Source: a virus (taxonomy: Duplodnaviria > Heunggongvirae > Uroviricota > Caudoviricetes). Taken from it: DNA of 16,011 nucleotides. Each line of letters opens with the position of its first letter. Position 1 is the first letter of the stretch. Below are positions 13,923 to 16,011 of this stretch, piece after piece. The DNA is taken from positions 1 through 16,011 of the IMG/VR virus record IMGVR_UViG_3300001765_000035, one strand, 5' to 3'. Made by a program: the position numbers and the translations under genes. The notes under the pieces were generated by a model, which saw nothing but the letters and a program-made list of their open reading frames with translations, was not told where the DNA came from and did no database searches.

Positions 13923-16011
13923 TAAAAATGAAATACTAAAAAATGTACGTGATAAACATAACTTAACTATGGCTCAGATTAAACTACTAGAATCACTTAT
14001 GAAAGATGTAGTTGAAGACTTACGCTTAGGAGACGAAGCAGTAAAATCTTCTTCAAAAGATGATGTATATGAATACATTGTAGATTCTTATGAAAGTACT
14101 AAAAAAGATTTTATTGCAGAACTAAATAAAGAGAAGCCTAAGATACAGAATACTAAAAGTGAATCTACAGGATATGTAGTTCCTATTACTATAGAAAGAA
14201 TAGTAGGTCGTACAGCTTATTACACATATAAAGATGCTAATAAAGTATATCAGATACCGGCTAATTCTAAATTCATTAAATTAGATAATGTAGATTTAGA
14301 TACACGTATCAGAGAGTTTGCTCATGTAGCAGCTACTTATGGTAATACACAAGGTGCTAATAAAGCATGGAATAGCTTTGAAGATATCGAAAAGAACATA
14401 CACAAAGATCCTGAAAGAATGGTAGCTCTACTTGAAGAGTTACATGAAGCAGATGGTAAAAAAGAATCTGATGAACACATGAGTCAATTACGAACATTGT
14501 TTAGCACATTAAGATCTGATTTCTTCACAAAGATGGACGTATATGTAAGTAAAGATGTAGAAGGACGTGGTGGTATAGCGAGTAATACGAAGATAGGTGT
14601 ATACTTTTCAAATGTAGCTAAGCAAGCAAATAATGAAATGGGTGCTGCAGAAATATATGCACATGAAATCGTACACGCAATAACACAGTTTTCATTAGAA
14701 TCTGCCTCTATAAACAGAGAAGCTGCTAAGCTAGTTAAAGAACTTGATTACTTGATGGAATCTGTAATGGATCGTTTAACTTGGAAAGAGCTTATGCCTA
14801 AAGAAAGCATAGACGCAGTTCGTGAAGAACGTATAGCTAAAGAGTTGTATCAGTATATATTTACCAATAAAGAAGCAAGAGCAGAATTTATAGCCCATGC
14901 ATTGACAAACCCTATACTATCAGAAAAACTAAAGCTGATGAACCTAAAGCCTAAGCATGAAACTAAGAATATCTTAGAAGTACTTGTAGATTGGTTTACC
15001 TCTTTAGTAGATTTAATAATGGGTAACTATGAGTTTAACGATAGTAAGAAGACAGCTTATGAACAAGCTATGAAGTTGACAATGGCTTTAGCAGAAATCA
15101 ATAACAATAAGTTAAATGAGGTAAAGCAAAAGAACATTGTAAATACAATAACAGATGGTATTCAAAGCGGTAATGAAATGATAGGCGAAGCTATAGATAA
15201 AGTAATCAATAAATTCAAAGATGAAAATATTACGATTGCAAATCTACCAGCAAACGCAACACTGGCTGAACGTATACCATGGACAGCTAAAGCCTTATGG
15301 GTAATAATGAATAACAAAGAGTATAGAAACTACTTTGGTCATGTTATGTCTGCCTGGGGTGTAACCCCTGAAGGTATGTTAAGAGACTGGGGAAGAGCAT
15401 TCATGGAAACTAATGAAATGCAGAAAGCAGTAGAATGGTTAGGTACAACTTCAGATAAGATTGACCAAGCTAGAAACAGAGTAATACTTGAAGCTAAAAA
15501 ATTAGTATTAGATGGATTTGGGGAAACTAAACTATCAGAAACTGAAGAAGAAGCTTTAACAGCAATACTTGTAGATACAGATATACAAAGTATATTTTTT
15601 GATAAACAATATACCAATAAGAAAATACGTAGTATGTTAGAAGATGATGCTGAGCTAGAAAAACAGCTTAACTGGGCTAAGAGTAGATTAGAAGATATGG
15701 ATAGTGTACATAGACATTGGCATATTAACCAAGCACATGTACTAGGTGTATATATGGCTACAGGTGAGATAAGTACAGGAATGAACTTTAACTCATGGAA
15801 CATAGCTAGAGGATTACAGTCATCAGAAATTAAAAAAGTAAAAGGTAATCGTGGAAGATTACTAATGAAAGAAATAGATACAGTTGCCACACTAACAGCC
15901 TTGAAATACTCAAACAAAGAACAGAAGAAGCAAGTTGCAGAGTTAATGAGGGTAGAGTGGGGTAGACGTGGAGTAAAGAATTTAGTACATATCCATAAAG
16001 GATTTATAGAT
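13912..16011 (+). CDS. vRNAP C-terminal-domain-like protein with zincin metallopeptidase motif (partial, at least 700 aa, runs off window; absent from the supplied ORF track)
   Basis: ATG 13912 (MACNKNEILKNVRDKH...) with SD AGGGA at 13901-13905, 11-nt overlap with the vRNAP stop. I translated frame 1 to base 16011 with no stop. Contains YAHEIVHAIT (HExxH at 14662-14676) and EFIAHALTNP (14884-14913); downstream blocks such as NQAHVLGVYMATG and IDTVATLTALKY resemble what I recall of N4-like vRNAP C-terminal regions. Confidence 0.85.
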   Translation, partial: MACNKNEILKNVRDKHNLTMAQIKLLESLMKDVVEDLRLGDEAVKSSSKDDVYEYIVDSYESTKKDFIAELNKEKPKIQNTKSESTGYVVPITIERIVGRTAYYTYKDANKVYQIPANSKFIKLDNVDLDTRIREFAHVAATYGNTQGANKAWNSFEDIEKNIHKDPERMVALLEELHEADGKKESDEHMSQLRTLFSTLRSDFFTKMDVYVSKDVEGRGGIASNTKIGVYFSNVAKQANNEMGAAEIYAHEIVHAITQFSLESASINREAAKLVKELDYLMESVMDRLTWKELMPKESIDAVREERIAKELYQYIFTNKEARAEFIAHALTNPILSEKLKLMNLKPKHETKNILEVLVDWFTSLVDLIMGNYEFNDSKKTAYEQAMKLTMALAEINNNKLNEVKQKNIVNTITDGIQSGNEMIGEAIDKVINKFKDENITIANLPANATLAERIPWTAKALWVIMNNKEYRNYFGHVMSAWGVTPEGMLRDWGRAFMETNEMQKAVEWLGTTSDKIDQARNRVILEAKKLVLDGFGETKLSETEEEALTAILVDTDIQSIFFDKQYTNKKIRSMLEDDAELEKQLNWAKSRLEDMDSVHRHWHINQAHVLGVYMATGEISTGMNFNSWNIARGLQSSEIKKVKGNRGRLLMKEIDTVATLTALKYSNKEQKKQVAELMRVEWGRRGVKNLVHIHKGFID

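Larger units (their letters stand above)
1..16011 (+). other. N4-like (Schitoviridae-like) phage internal virion protein / virion RNA polymerase module
   Basis: Giant single-subunit RNAP ORF preceded by co-oriented ORFs of 292, 615, 132 and 706 aa, matching the N4 transcription order gp54-gp53-gp52-gp51-gp50 in size class and character. No host housekeeping genes, integrase, tRNA or CRISPR seen. Confidence 0.85.

Noticed and set aside
2577-15917. Minus-strand ORFs in the track (2577-2855, 2926-3120, 3557-3754, 3767-3991, 7486-7839, 8954-9280, 9192-9521, 10079-10384, 12857-13234, 15339-15917)
   Set aside because: All lie antisense within long plus-strand genes, have Leu/Ile/Ser/Phe-rich shadow composition and no recognisable motifs; the 15339-15917 ORF is antisense to the 13912 gene.
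1-16011. Stop-codon reassignment, intein or intron in vRNAP, CRISPR array, tRNA
   Set aside because: Genes are full-length in the standard code and end in TAA with tight packing; no intein C/S...HN signature or reading-frame interruption inside vRNAP; no regularly spaced repeats or cloverleaf seen.

Overview
AT-rich (roughly one third G+C by eye), gene-dense, all-plus-strand segment of an N4-like (Schitoviridae-like) phage genome covering the internal-virion/ejection module. Gene order: 292-aa structural protein (N4 gp54-like by synteny), 615-aa protein with a long hydrophobic hairpin (gp53-like), 132-aa Gly-rich protein (gp52-like), 706-aa protein (gp51-like), a ~249-aa lysozyme/SLT-like muralytic protein, then a 2446-aa virion RNA polymerase with T7/N4-type single-subunit RNAP motifs. 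An ORF missing from the supplied track (13912 to the window end, at least 700 aa, HEIVH zincin motif) follows and looks like the vRNAP C-terminal domain encoded as a separate gene. Main points: (1) the vRNAP appears split at the position equivalent to the N4 mini-vRNAP C-terminal boundary; (2) the only cysteine of each half lies at the junction, encoded by a TGTAAT direct repeat; (3) a T5orf172-like GIY-YIG module sits near the vRNAP N-terminus; (4) a 16-bp promoter-like motif is shared by two intergenic regions. N4 gp assignments and N4/T7 residue numbers are from synteny and recall, not from database searches.
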